From a virus (taxonomy: Duplodnaviria; Caudoviricetes), in IMG/VR virus record IMGVR_UViG_3300021431_000075, positions 320,001-384,000 of that record: a DNA stretch of 64,000 nucleotides; one strand, written 5' to 3'. A program made the position numbers and the translations under genes. The stretch's first letter is position 1. The number at the start of each line of letters is the position of its first letter. The notes under the pieces were generated by a model. It saw only the letters and a program-made list of their open reading frames with translations. It did not search any database and was not told the origin of the DNA. This document shows, piece by piece, positions 19,796 to 29,163 of the stretch.

Positions 19796-20455
19796 ATGAA
19801 CAAACTTAAGGAAAAGATGACGCAGTTCATCAAAGAACAAGGTGCTGTTGAAGATATTCGGAAGTTTATTGTGGATAGTATAGAAGAATACAAGAAGAAG
19901 CCTGCTTATGAGTACATTCCGCCAGAGAATAAAATCCAGAATTTCACGCTTGACCCGTCGAAAGACAAAGCTGGAGAAATCAGAGAGATTAAAGGAAAGA
20001 CTATCGGCGATATTGCTCGTAATGAAGAAGATATATTCAGATCGTATACTGGCGATGGCTGGACATCATGGTCTATGCATCGCGGATATAAATTTCCGAA
20101 AGTTAATGATGTTATCCTGAAAGAAATCAATCTTTTCTTATATGACTTGAAGTTTGATTTTATTTCAGAGAACGGTCAGGACGTTGTTGATTATTTCAAG
20201 AAAGACATCAATAAATTTTTAAATAATGATGCTTTTAGTGAAGATGAGAAAGTGGATTTCTCATTGCCGCTTGATGACGATGCAATAGAAACGTTGATGA
20301 TTTTCATGGATAGTGATAGAGAGTTTTCATATTTTGATATTGATTTTATTGAAAATGAACTACTTGAATACTATGAATATTTTCTGGATATCGATGAATA
20401 TGATTTAGATGATGACGATTATGGTTATGTTGAAGGACACTACTATGAAGATTAG
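19796..20455 (+). CDS. hypothetical protein with acidic C-terminus
   Basis: 219 aa ORF. Confidence 0.75.
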   Translation: MNKLKEKMTQFIKEQGAVEDIRKFIVDSIEEYKKKPAYEYIPPENKIQNFTLDPSKDKAGEIREIKGKTIGDIARNEEDIFRSYTGDGWTSWSMHRGYKFPKVNDVILKEINLFLYDLKFDFISENGQDVVDYFKKDINKFLNNDAFSEDEKVDFSLPLDDDAIETLMIFMDSDREFSYFDIDFIENELLEYYEYFLDIDEYDLDDDDYGYVEGHYYED

Positions 20456-20909
20456 GTTCAAGGGAAGGCGCATGGACAGAAAGTCATGGGTATTCGGCTT
20501 TTTCTATAAGGACAAGTCCGGAAACTGCAAGATAATAACAGATGACGGCAGCCGTTATAAGGTAGAAGAAGATACTGTGTGCCAGCTTGCAATAAAGACG
20601 CCTGTTGATTTGAACAAGTTCGGAAAGTCTGGAAACTATGAAGAGTTCTTGGAGATTTATACCGGCGATGTTGTCGAAGTTAGATATAAGTTCAATTACA
20701 TTGACGGCTATAAGGGTTACAAGGCTGAAATCGGAGACCGGTTTGTTGTCGAGAAACTTGACAGCGGGTTCACGCTGGTTCCTGTTGACATTTATGAGAA
20801 CTGGTCCAAGAGTCGGATTCCGAATACTTGCGGTTTGATTGACAACTACCAGTTGTGGAACTACCATCGGTTTTTGAAACCGGTCGGAAACATTTATGAC
20901 AATGATTAA
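20445..20909 (+). CDS. YopX-like protein
   Basis: IRFKG..WVFG..EIYTGDVV..VGNIYDN. Confidence 0.8.
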   Translation: MKIRFKGRRMDRKSWVFGFFYKDKSGNCKIITDDGSRYKVEEDTVCQLAIKTPVDLNKFGKSGNYEEFLEIYTGDVVEVRYKFNYIDGYKGYKAEIGDRFVVEKLDSGFTLVPVDIYENWSKSRIPNTCGLIDNYQLWNYHRFLKPVGNIYDND

Positions 20910-21345
20910 TTCGGCGATTCCTGTCTATTGCTTGACAGACGAGCATTTGCTTGCAGAGCATAGAGAGATAAAGCGGTTGTCTTATTGCTTTGAGAGAGCG
21001 GTCGAGAGCGGAAGCATTGGAAAGATTCCGGATAAGTTTGTGCTTGGTAGCGGACATGTTTTGTTCTTTCTTGACAAGTTCGGTTTCGTTAGAAATCGCT
21101 ATGTAGAAATTCATGAAGAATGCAAGCGCAGGAAATTCAATGTTGAAGATTATTCAGAAAATTTTGAACGTCTGTTTGTTGATGCTAATAAGCAGTTTCT
21201 GAAAGACTATGAACCGACTGAACAAGAGAAGTTGATGCTCATTGAACGGATAACCGAGCGCATATTGAAAAGTTCAAAGAAAAGTTTCCATTATTGCGGA
21301 AAAGCAATATCAAAGACAGAAGCAGTGCAATTATTAATACGCTAA
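20896..21345 (+). CDS. denV: pyrimidine dimer DNA glycosylase / endonuclease V
   Basis: MTxIN..LTDEHLLAEHREIKR..FVLGSGHVLFF. Confidence 0.9.
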   Translation: MTMINSAIPVYCLTDEHLLAEHREIKRLSYCFERAVESGSIGKIPDKFVLGSGHVLFFLDKFGFVRNRYVEIHEECKRRKFNVEDYSENFERLFVDANKQFLKDYEPTEQEKLMLIERITERILKSSKKSFHYCGKAISKTEAVQLLIR

Positions 21346-21357
21346 AATAAAGAAGTT

Positions 21358-21786
21358 ATGTTCTCATCAAATCAGATTTTTCAAATATCCGGCACATATA
21401 GTCAGATTGAGACTGCATTGAGATTTGCAATGGATTATTCAGACTATTCCAAGCATTTGTCTGGAAACAAGAAATTGAACGGTTTCAAGTTCGTCTGGCA
21501 GATTGCTGAAGACGGTCGATATTGCATCGGATGGAATTTCGAAGATGTTGTTCCGGGCTGGAACGAGTTTCAGTTCGACTTTGACATTTCTATCGTTTCC
21601 AAAGTCATAGAGCAGCAGTTGAGAAAGTCGGAGATGTACGGCTATGCGAACGGCGATGGAGATACGGTTCCCGGATTCTTGATGAAGTGCGGAACCGGAA
21701 GTTTTTCTGATGAAGAGTTCGGAATCAAGAACCCGTTTTATTGCATTGTTAGTTTTGAATCTTATATGGTTTATTTTGCAAAATGA
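21358..21786 (+). CDS. hypothetical protein
   Basis: ORF in run. Confidence 0.75.
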   Translation: MFSSNQIFQISGTYSQIETALRFAMDYSDYSKHLSGNKKLNGFKFVWQIAEDGRYCIGWNFEDVVPGWNEFQFDFDISIVSKVIEQQLRKSEMYGYANGDGDTVPGFLMKCGTGSFSDEEFGIKNPFYCIVSFESYMVYFAK

Positions 21787-21813
21787 AATTTAAGTAATTA
21801 AAGATAGACAATT

Positions 21814-22266
21814 ATGAAAGATGATGCGATTAGAGTTGAAACTTTTGCTGTTGTTGATGTTCTGATTACATTGCATGACGAAGATGATAATGGAGAAGAA
21901 GTTGAAATATGCATTGATAATGTCATTGGATTTGAAACAACAGAAGACAACAAGGCAAGAGTTTTCTATTATTGGATGGATGAAGGCACAAGCATGGTTG
22001 TGACTGAGACCCCGGAAGAAGTTCGTGAAATCATTTCAGCGGCAAGAACGAAAAAGAAGGCAATAAAAGACAATTATGTAGTTGTAGAGAAGTTGTCAGA
22101 AGATGTCAAGTTCCAGACAGTAAGATTAGACATATTGGATAGATTATACGAGCGAGAGCAATGCTTTATGACTCTTATCGAGAGAATGTTTCCCGGAGAA
22201 GAGTTTGCAAAAGTCAAAGAAGATTTTCTGGAAACATTGAAGAAAGATTGCAAATCAAAAACATAA
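21814..22266 (+). CDS. hypothetical protein (weakly FlbD-like)
   Basis: IDNVI..VTETPEEVREII. Confidence 0.65.
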   Translation: MKDDAIRVETFAVVDVLITLHDEDDNGEEVEICIDNVIGFETTEDNKARVFYYWMDEGTSMVVTETPEEVREIISAARTKKKAIKDNYVVVEKLSEDVKFQTVRLDILDRLYEREQCFMTLIERMFPGEEFAKVKEDFLETLKKDCKSKT

Positions 22267-22275
22267 GAAAGCAAG

Positions 22276-22304
22276 AGAAGTCTTTTTGGAAAGGCTTCTT
22301 TTTT
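22276..22304 (+). terminator. intrinsic terminator
   Basis: agaagtcttt/aaaggcttct stem plus T run. Confidence 0.75.
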
Positions 22305-22309
22305 GTTTT

Positions 22310-22338
22310 TAAACTAAAATCGTTTTCCAGACTATAAT
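22310..22338 (+). promoter_or_regulatory. putative phage middle promoter
   Basis: TAAACT-N17-TATAAT. Confidence 0.7.
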
Positions 22339-22372
22339 TTCTATGAAGTTTTTCAAAAAATGATGCAGATAA

Positions 22373-23641
22373 ATGGGCAAGTCATCTATAAGAGAAATTT
22401 GTAAGATGGTTGGATGCGGTTTCGGTTTTCCGGGCTGGCCTGACAAGTTCGGAGAAGCATTGTCTTGCTTTGTTGATAGAAATAATGTTTCAAAGATAAA
22501 GACATTGAGTTTGTTTTCAGGTGGCGGGGGTCTTGACATAGGTTTCCATGATGCAGGCTTTGAAATCATAGAGTCTGTTGAACTTGAAAGCAAATTCTAT
22601 AAGACGTTGGTTTCGAATTCCGGTCAGGGAAAGAAGTTTGCAAGTTCGAATCCGAAGAACTTGGATATAAGAGACTATTCTGCAGATGGACTTGAAGATA
22701 TAGAGTTCATCATTGGCGGACCGCCATGCCAGACATTCAGCGCAGCCGGAAGACGAACCGGTGGAGTCAAGGGACTTGACGATTCGCGCGGAATGCTGTT
22801 CAAGGAATATGTCAGAATCATCAAGAAATTGAATCCTGTCGGATTTTTGTTTGAAAATGTCTATGGATTGGTCGGCGCTCAGCATGGAATTGCTTGGAAT
22901 GTTATTCGGCGGGCTTTTTCTGAAATCGGATATAATTTGTTCTATCGCGTTCTGGATGCGGCAGACTATGGAGTTCCCCAACACAGAGAACGATTGATTG
23001 TGGTCGGATTGAGAAATTTATGTGAGTTCAAGTTTCCGAGACCGCTGTTCGGACCGGACTCTGTTGATAAAGAGCCGTTCTATAATGCAGGTTGTGCAGT
23101 TTCCGGTTTTGAATTGAGTGATGAAGAGAAGAAGGAAGGATTGACGGGAATGTACGGTCATTTGCTGGATGAGATACCGCCCGGTTTGAATTATAGTTTC
23201 TACACAGAGAAGATGGGTTATCCGGAACCCGTCTTTGAATGGCGCAGTCGATTTTCGGATTTTCTATATAAAGCAGATCCTGAACAGCCGGTCAGGACAA
23301 TTAAGGCACAAGGCGGCAAATACACAGGACCGTTTCATTGGAACAACCGCAATTTTTCTGTTTCTGAATTCAAGAGACTGCAGACGTTTCCGGATGACTA
23401 TGAGATATGCGGTTCAAGAAATGTTGCCGTTCATCAGATTGGGAATTCTGTGCCGCCCCAGTTTGCAAGGATAATAGCCATTGCTATCAGGATGCAAGTT
23501 TTTGATTGTGGATTTCCGTTTATAATGGATTTGCTTGATGAAGACGAAGAGTTGTCTTTTAAGAAGAACAAGAGAGAGATGACAGAAATTTATAGAGAGA
23601 AAGCAAGGGATGCAATAGAGAAACTCAAGTTTAAAAAGTAG
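22373..23641 (+). CDS. dcm: DNA (cytosine-5)-methyltransferase
   Basis: LFSGGGG, GGPPCQ, ENV, QHRER, QIGNSV. Confidence 0.95.
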   Translation: MGKSSIREICKMVGCGFGFPGWPDKFGEALSCFVDRNNVSKIKTLSLFSGGGGLDIGFHDAGFEIIESVELESKFYKTLVSNSGQGKKFASSNPKNLDIRDYSADGLEDIEFIIGGPPCQTFSAAGRRTGGVKGLDDSRGMLFKEYVRIIKKLNPVGFLFENVYGLVGAQHGIAWNVIRRAFSEIGYNLFYRVLDAADYGVPQHRERLIVVGLRNLCEFKFPRPLFGPDSVDKEPFYNAGCAVSGFELSDEEKKEGLTGMYGHLLDEIPPGLNYSFYTEKMGYPEPVFEWRSRFSDFLYKADPEQPVRTIKAQGGKYTGPFHWNNRNFSVSEFKRLQTFPDDYEICGSRNVAVHQIGNSVPPQFARIIAIAIRMQVFDCGFPFIMDLLDEDEELSFKKNKREMTEIYREKARDAIEKLKFKK

Positions 23642-23668
23642 AGATTTTAGCTGAAAATCGTTCATTGG

Positions 23669-23675
23669 ATAAATA
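23669..23675 (+). promoter_or_regulatory. T4-like late promoter ATAAATA
   Basis: upstream of adhesin-like gene. Confidence 0.6.
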
Positions 23676-23725
23676 CAAGGAATTATTTTTCACTTTTATT
23701 GTGAAATTTCTACACAAGCTACATT

Positions 23726-25174
23726 ATGAGTTTTTTTAGAAGACATTTGCTGACTACTGCTGCTGATGGTACTGAACAGGAACATATATTGTCCATATAT
23801 GCTGCTGATGAGTATTCTGGAAAGTTGTTTTATTGTGTTGCCAAATATGATAATATGACAGTTGTTCCTGTATGGTCTATTACGAGCGGAAGCCAGTATG
23901 CAACGATAAACTCAAACGGTAGGGTTGACATAGTTTCCGGAACTGTTAGTCAGACTATTGTAGTGCAGTGTTCATATAGCAACGTAATCCAGACGAAGCA
24001 GATAGTCGTGTCTTATGACAACCAGTTGACAATCGAGTGTGATAATGTGATGCGCGGAACAAGCGGCAATGTGATTACAAGATACAACTCTGAAGTTGTG
24101 ACGCCTGTATATCAGATTACAGCCGGGGGATTGAATGCTACTATTGATGCGACAGGTGTGATTACGATAACAGCAAGCGGTCTGATAACTGTTCAGGCTA
24201 CATATAGCGGTTATACAGTTACGAAGGAAATAAGTTTGATTTATGAGCAGAATGTAGAAAGCGAGACTATAGTGAACGATGACGGTTCTGTGACTACGAC
24301 TGTGACAGAGACAGTAGAGAATCAAGATGGTTCTACGACTGCGACAAGTGTTTCGAACACGACGAACAGCGACGGTTCGACTGCATATACAGAAACTACT
24401 ACGGAGACGCAGCAAGATGGTTCTTCTACGACTATATCTAATACGACGAACAGCGACGGAACGACAAGCGATACTGAGATTTCTGTTGCAGCGGATGGTT
24501 CAAGCACGAGCCAGACGACTAACTATGATGTGAATGGAGATCCTACTACTGGTTCTAACAATACGACAGATGTTCTCGGAAACTCGAATACTCAAGAAAT
24601 CGAGTATGATTCGGAAGGAAATACGACAGTGACGAATTATACGATTGACACGACGAATAATACGAGTGGTAATGGAGAGTCGTTTTCGCAAGATGTTTTG
24701 GATACTGAATATTATGCATTCGATCCGACTTCTGGGTTTGAATGTTTAATTCATTTCTATTTTGAAACTACTAATCAAGTATCACAAGCAACAGTTCTTA
24801 ATGCTAAACGAGCAGATCCGAAACCTTGGTATGGTTTTGATATTAGATTGAATACAAATGGAAAAATTAGACTTGGTGTACAATTTGCTGAAGGTGCTAA
24901 TAATGAACCAACAATAGAACATAATAATGATAATATTTATAAAGTTAAGATTGTGTATGATCCGACTGTACCATCAGGAAGTACTACATTTATGGGATAT
25001 GATTTGATAAGAAATACAACTATATGTTCTTATGCTGGACGGTTTGAAGATTCTGATGCAATGAAATATATTAAGGTTACTCTTGGTTGTAATATTGGTA
25101 CAAACGGTCAACCTCAGAGATATGCCAGAGTAAATATTTATGAGTTTTATATTAGAAAAACTATATCATCATAA
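23726..25174 (+). CDS. putative virion adhesin (Ig-like domains, Thr-rich DG repeats, lectin-like C-terminus)
   Basis: MSFFRRHL start; two WSITSG..ATI..G Ig-like units; NxDGSTT repeats. Confidence 0.7.
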   Translation: MSFFRRHLLTTAADGTEQEHILSIYAADEYSGKLFYCVAKYDNMTVVPVWSITSGSQYATINSNGRVDIVSGTVSQTIVVQCSYSNVIQTKQIVVSYDNQLTIECDNVMRGTSGNVITRYNSEVVTPVYQITAGGLNATIDATGVITITASGLITVQATYSGYTVTKEISLIYEQNVESETIVNDDGSVTTTVTETVENQDGSTTATSVSNTTNSDGSTAYTETTTETQQDGSSTTISNTTNSDGTTSDTEISVAADGSSTSQTTNYDVNGDPTTGSNNTTDVLGNSNTQEIEYDSEGNTTVTNYTIDTTNNTSGNGESFSQDVLDTEYYAFDPTSGFECLIHFYFETTNQVSQATVLNAKRADPKPWYGFDIRLNTNGKIRLGVQFAEGANNEPTIEHNNDNIYKVKIVYDPTVPSGSTTFMGYDLIRNTTICSYAGRFEDSDAMKYIKVTLGCNIGTNGQPQRYARVNIYEFYIRKTISS

Positions 25175-25217
25175 TTGTTAATTTTTCATAATTTCTTTCA
25201 TTTGTTTGTACTTTGAC

Positions 25218-25248
25218 TTTGAATTTATAAAATAAATTTATAATTTTG
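25218..25248 (+). promoter_or_regulatory. Bacteroidota-type -33/-7 promoter
   Basis: TTTG-N19-TAATTTTG. Confidence 0.7.
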
Positions 25249-25273
25249 CACAATGAACTAAAAATACAAACAA

Positions 25274-26065
25274 ATGGAAGAAAAACAAATTAAGAAGTCT
25301 TATCCACTGTTGCTGGAATGGCTCAGAATGACTCCGGATATTGATAACACGATGATTTACAAGAAAGCCGCCGAAACTCAATGGCTTTTTGTGCGTGATG
25401 AGTTATGTCGTAATTTGCTAAAAGTACCCTGCTTTGTAGTCGGAACACACATGTCAAAGAGCATTACGTTGCCGGTTTATCGTTTTGAACTTGACAATGG
25501 AATTGAAATTACAATGAGAGAGAATTTCTACGGCTGGGTTGTTTCTCTGAAATCTCCGTTTGTCATTCGGGAACTCCCGCTTGATATTGTATCCGGTGAT
25601 GGTGACAATAGAAGTGATGATGTCAAGATTTGCGAAGGTTTCAATAAAGATTGGATTTATCCGTTTTATAAGTACTCTGTCAGGTTGAGTACGTTCCGTG
25701 TTTCTTCTGATTATAAGCTTTATACTTTGATGTACATGCTGAACAAACTTGTGAATGAAGACAAGGAAAAAGATTCAGAATATTACTTGACGGAAGATTT
25801 CATTAATATTTGTGTAGAAATTGTTATGGCTGCGCATTCTGCAGAACATATAAAACTTGATGAAGTATTTCTGCATAGTTTTTATGCAGTGAGTAATCAT
25901 GACTATTGCCAGCAAAACAACATCAAGATGTTTTTCAGTGATGATGAAAATGCAGTTGATGAGTTTGCAAAGAGAATTGCATCATCGAAAGAAATGCATA
26001 GGATTTTTCATAATGAATATCAGCATTTATATGCTGGTTTTGTTGAAGAGAACAAGATTCTGTGA
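25274..26065 (+). CDS. hypothetical protein
   Basis: 263 aa ORF. Confidence 0.8.
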   Translation: MEEKQIKKSYPLLLEWLRMTPDIDNTMIYKKAAETQWLFVRDELCRNLLKVPCFVVGTHMSKSITLPVYRFELDNGIEITMRENFYGWVVSLKSPFVIRELPLDIVSGDGDNRSDDVKICEGFNKDWIYPFYKYSVRLSTFRVSSDYKLYTLMYMLNKLVNEDKEKDSEYYLTEDFINICVEIVMAAHSAEHIKLDEVFLHSFYAVSNHDYCQQNNIKMFFSDDENAVDEFAKRIASSKEMHRIFHNEYQHLYAGFVEENKIL

Positions 26066-26068
26066 GTT

Positions 26069-26275
26069 ATGGTTAGGAAGTTTGAATTGAACGATAATGA
26101 GTTTAAGAAGGCTTGTGAGTTCGAGAAGAAGCATCAGCATAAAGAAGTCAATACAGGTGCTATTGGTGGTCATTTGAGCGTCAAGTTCATCATAACAAGC
26201 ATTGGTGCATTGGCAAGCATTCGTTGTGGAATTTGCGGTGAAGAAGAAGTAATAACAGATTATGATTCACTATAA
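26069..26275 (+). CDS. small hypothetical protein
   Basis: GAIGG..CxxC. Confidence 0.7.
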   Translation: MVRKFELNDNEFKKACEFEKKHQHKEVNTGAIGGHLSVKFIITSIGALASIRCGICGEEEVITDYDSL

Positions 26276-26285
26276 AATATAGATT

Positions 26286-26663
26286 ATGGTTTTTGTAGTT
26301 GAATGGATTTCAAAAGACTTTGACAATTACGGACATTGCTTATGCATAGATAGGCAAGAAATGGATGTTAATGATGCTTTGAAAGCTTGTTGGAACTTTA
26401 TCAATGAACAGCATCTTGATTTTCCATTGTTTAAATATCTTTGTTGCTGGATTAGTTTGAAACTGGAAACAGATGTTTCGTTGGACGGCAAGACTTTTTC
26501 CAGAACGACAAGCATCTTGAAAGTAACTCCGAAAGAGACATATGAAGCTGAATGTGCGAAGCGGCAAGCGGTGAGAGAAGAACATGAAACTTTCTTTCGG
26601 AACAATTGGAGAAGATTGGTTGATGGTTTAGGACCGAATGAAATTGAAGAAATGTTTATATGA
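26286..26663 (+). CDS. hypothetical protein
   Basis: ORF in run. Confidence 0.7.
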   Translation: MVFVVEWISKDFDNYGHCLCIDRQEMDVNDALKACWNFINEQHLDFPLFKYLCCWISLKLETDVSLDGKTFSRTTSILKVTPKETYEAECAKRQAVREEHETFFRNNWRRLVDGLGPNEIEEMFI

Positions 26664-27820
26664 AAACAATAGATTTGTTTTCCGGCTGCGGCGGCATGAC
26701 TCTCGGTTTCAAGTATGCGGGCTTTCAATCCGTATTCGCATCAGATGTTGATGTGAATGCGGGAAAGACTTTTATGAGAAACTTTCCGGATGTTCCGTTC
26801 AAGGTTGCGGATATTTCAAACATAACAAAAGAAGAAGTTGATGAATTGACTGGCGGTCTTGTTCCGGATGTCATCATCGGCGGTCCGCCTTGTCAGGGTT
26901 TCTCTCTTGCAAACAAGCGCAGGAATGCATTGAAAGATGATCCGAGAAACAAGCTGTTCTATCAGTTTGTCAAGTTCATTGACTGGTACTCACCAAAGGC
27001 ATTTGTGATGGAGAATGTCAAGGGATTGCTGTCGATGCATAACGGAGAAGTCATCAAGACTATTGTTGAAGAGTTCTCTAATGCCGGTTCTGGATACAGA
27101 GTTGCATATAAGGTGATGTGTGCTGCTGATTATGGAGTTCCGCAGATGAGAGAGCGAGTTATCATTATCGGTTTCAGAAAGGATTTGAATATTACGCCGA
27201 GTCATCCGGAAGCGTTAAAGTCAAAGCATTTGACAGTTGATGACGCTATTGGTGACTTGCCTAAAATCAATGCTGGAGAAGGTTCTGACTGTCAAGACTA
27301 TGATGTTGAAGCGCAAAATGATTTTCAGCGATTGATGCGGAAAGACTCGGCAAAAGTCTATAACCATGTAGCAATGAGACATACTCCGAGATTGGTCGAG
27401 AGATTCAAGGCTATAAAGCCCGGACAGAGTCTTGTTGATGTTTGGGATTCCCATGGGGCGGTCAAGCGCGGAAATCCGAACGAGAAGTCAACAGTCAAGT
27501 TCCATCAGAACAACCAGAGAGTTTTCGGAGACAAGCCGGCTCCTACGATAGCGGCATCGTTTCAGAGCAATTTCGTTCATCCGCATCTTGACAGGAACTT
27601 CACTGCAAGAGAAGGTGCAAGACTTCAGTCGTTTCCAGATGACTTTGTTTTTGAAGGAATGAGAACGAAGATGAGTTGGGAAACAGGTTTAAGTCAATAC
27701 CAACAAATCGGAAATGCAGTGCCACCGTTGCTTGCATATCATATTGCAATGCACATCAAAGACAAGTTGTTGAACGGTCCGTTTGATGCAACTGATGACG
27801 AAGAAATGAAATTGTTTTAA
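26660..27820 (+). CDS. dcm: DNA (cytosine-5)-methyltransferase
   Basis: LFSGCGG, GGPPCQGFS, ENV, QMRER, QIGNAVPP. Confidence 0.95.
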   Translation: MKTIDLFSGCGGMTLGFKYAGFQSVFASDVDVNAGKTFMRNFPDVPFKVADISNITKEEVDELTGGLVPDVIIGGPPCQGFSLANKRRNALKDDPRNKLFYQFVKFIDWYSPKAFVMENVKGLLSMHNGEVIKTIVEEFSNAGSGYRVAYKVMCAADYGVPQMRERVIIIGFRKDLNITPSHPEALKSKHLTVDDAIGDLPKINAGEGSDCQDYDVEAQNDFQRLMRKDSAKVYNHVAMRHTPRLVERFKAIKPGQSLVDVWDSHGAVKRGNPNEKSTVKFHQNNQRVFGDKPAPTIAASFQSNFVHPHLDRNFTAREGARLQSFPDDFVFEGMRTKMSWETGLSQYQQIGNAVPPLLAYHIAMHIKDKLLNGPFDATDDEEMKLF

Positions 27821-27831
27821 TTCAAGATAAG

Positions 27832-28047
27832 ATGGAAGCAAAAAACAGCGAAATTGTTATTGTTGATAAGAATCGCAATAAGTACAGGATAAATGCGAAT
27901 GACATAGGTTACATATATCCGACAGTTAACAACAAGTTCCGAATAGTCATGTCCGGAGATTGTGAAGTTTCAGAGTACACTGACATTGTTTTGATTCATT
28001 GGTTAGATGAAGAAAACAAGTTGCTTTTCCAAAGGATAGATAAATGA
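27832..28047 (+). CDS. hypothetical protein
   Basis: ORF in run. Confidence 0.65.
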   Translation: MEAKNSEIVIVDKNRNKYRINANDIGYIYPTVNNKFRIVMSGDCEVSEYTDIVLIHWLDEENKLLFQRIDK

Positions 28048-28601
28048 TTTATAAGGGAATGGATGACCTGTTGAATCAGAGTTTTAATCGTTCATTGCAG
28101 GAGATGTCTGATAAAAAGAAAGATGAAAATTTTTATGATTCAACCGAAATGCAAATTATTATTTCGGTTGGACATATTTTTCGTACTGCCGAACGATATG
28201 TCTGGATGTTCACGAGTCCTGATAGTCCGGAAATGAAATTTGGAAGATATCAATCATTTATTGAAGGTTTTCTTTCTGGAGACTGCAATAGAAGGTTTGA
28301 TGTAATCTTTGAAAACTGTACTAATAGTGAGTCTATTCCGGATGCATTGAAGAAATTGATTGTGAAATATAAGAATCAAGTTTCAGTCAAGCTTTTTCTT
28401 GGAAGTCTTTTTTTCAAAGAAAATGATGTGCATTTTTTAGTGTCAGATGATAGGATGACTATGCTTGTTACTGATGTTGATAAGAATTTGGCATTCGGTA
28501 ATTTTAATTCTGAAAAACTCTCAAGCACAATGAAAACATGTTTCGGAAATTTAAAGAATCATGAAATGACATATTGTTATTATGAAAATAACGGAACTTG
28601 A
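28044..28601 (+). CDS. hypothetical protein (possible degenerate PLD-like fold)
   Basis: HFLVSDD..GNFN without a full HKD motif. Confidence 0.6.
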   Translation: MIYKGMDDLLNQSFNRSLQEMSDKKKDENFYDSTEMQIIISVGHIFRTAERYVWMFTSPDSPEMKFGRYQSFIEGFLSGDCNRRFDVIFENCTNSESIPDALKKLIVKYKNQVSVKLFLGSLFFKENDVHFLVSDDRMTMLVTDVDKNLAFGNFNSEKLSSTMKTCFGNLKNHEMTYCYYENNGT

Positions 28602-28620
28602 AGAAGTTCCGTTATTTTTT
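28586..28620. terminator. bidirectional terminator
   Basis: aaataacggaactt/aagttccgttattt. Confidence 0.8.
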
Positions 28621-29065
28621 AGTTCGTGATGACATCTATCGGAATCGGTAACTTTTCAAAGCCGAGAAGAATGCCGTCATAACCCAAGTCGGACAAGATG
28701 ACGCAATTCTCCATGTCTATATCATAAACATAGATGTCTTGCTCGTTTCCTTCATAGCATTCTCGGACCGCTTCCTCTGTTGCAAGCCATAATGCATATT
28801 TCGGTTTGAAACCGACAATATCTTCCAAGCAAGAGACTATTTCTTCAAGCATGTACTTTATGTCATTTTCTTCGAAATCATAGTCTTCTATGTTTTTTAT
28901 TGCTTCTTGGATGTTTCTTTTTAGTAGTTGTGGCAATTCATAGTTTTCAGAAATATAATCAAGGATATCTGTATTTGAAAGTTCGCAAATCTCAAACAGC
29001 ATAACTTCTACTGCATTTCTGTTCGGTTTCATCGACATCTCTGTTCTATAAAGTATTCTATGCAT
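28619..29065 (-). CDS. hypothetical protein
   Basis: 148 aa; late motif at 29133-29139 on minus strand. Confidence 0.75.
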   Translation of the reverse strand: MHRILYRTEMSMKPNRNAVEVMLFEICELSNTDILDYISENYELPQLLKRNIQEAIKNIEDYDFEENDIKYMLEEIVSCLEDIVGFKPKYALWLATEEAVRECYEGNEQDIYVYDIDMENCVILSDLGYDGILLGFEKLPIPIDVITN

Positions 29066-29163
29066 ATAAAATAAAATACAATTTATTGATAATCAAATAA
29101 TTATGAATAGTTATTATACTTAATCATTACAATATTTATCGATAGTGAAAATAAATATAGAAA

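Noticed and set aside
22640-22660. tRNA T-loop-like GTTCGAATCC
   Set aside because: It lies inside the dcm coding frame with no cloverleaf.
23726-25174. Diversity-generating retroelement target
   Set aside because: No reverse transcriptase and no TR/VR pair with adenine-specific mismatches was seen in the window.
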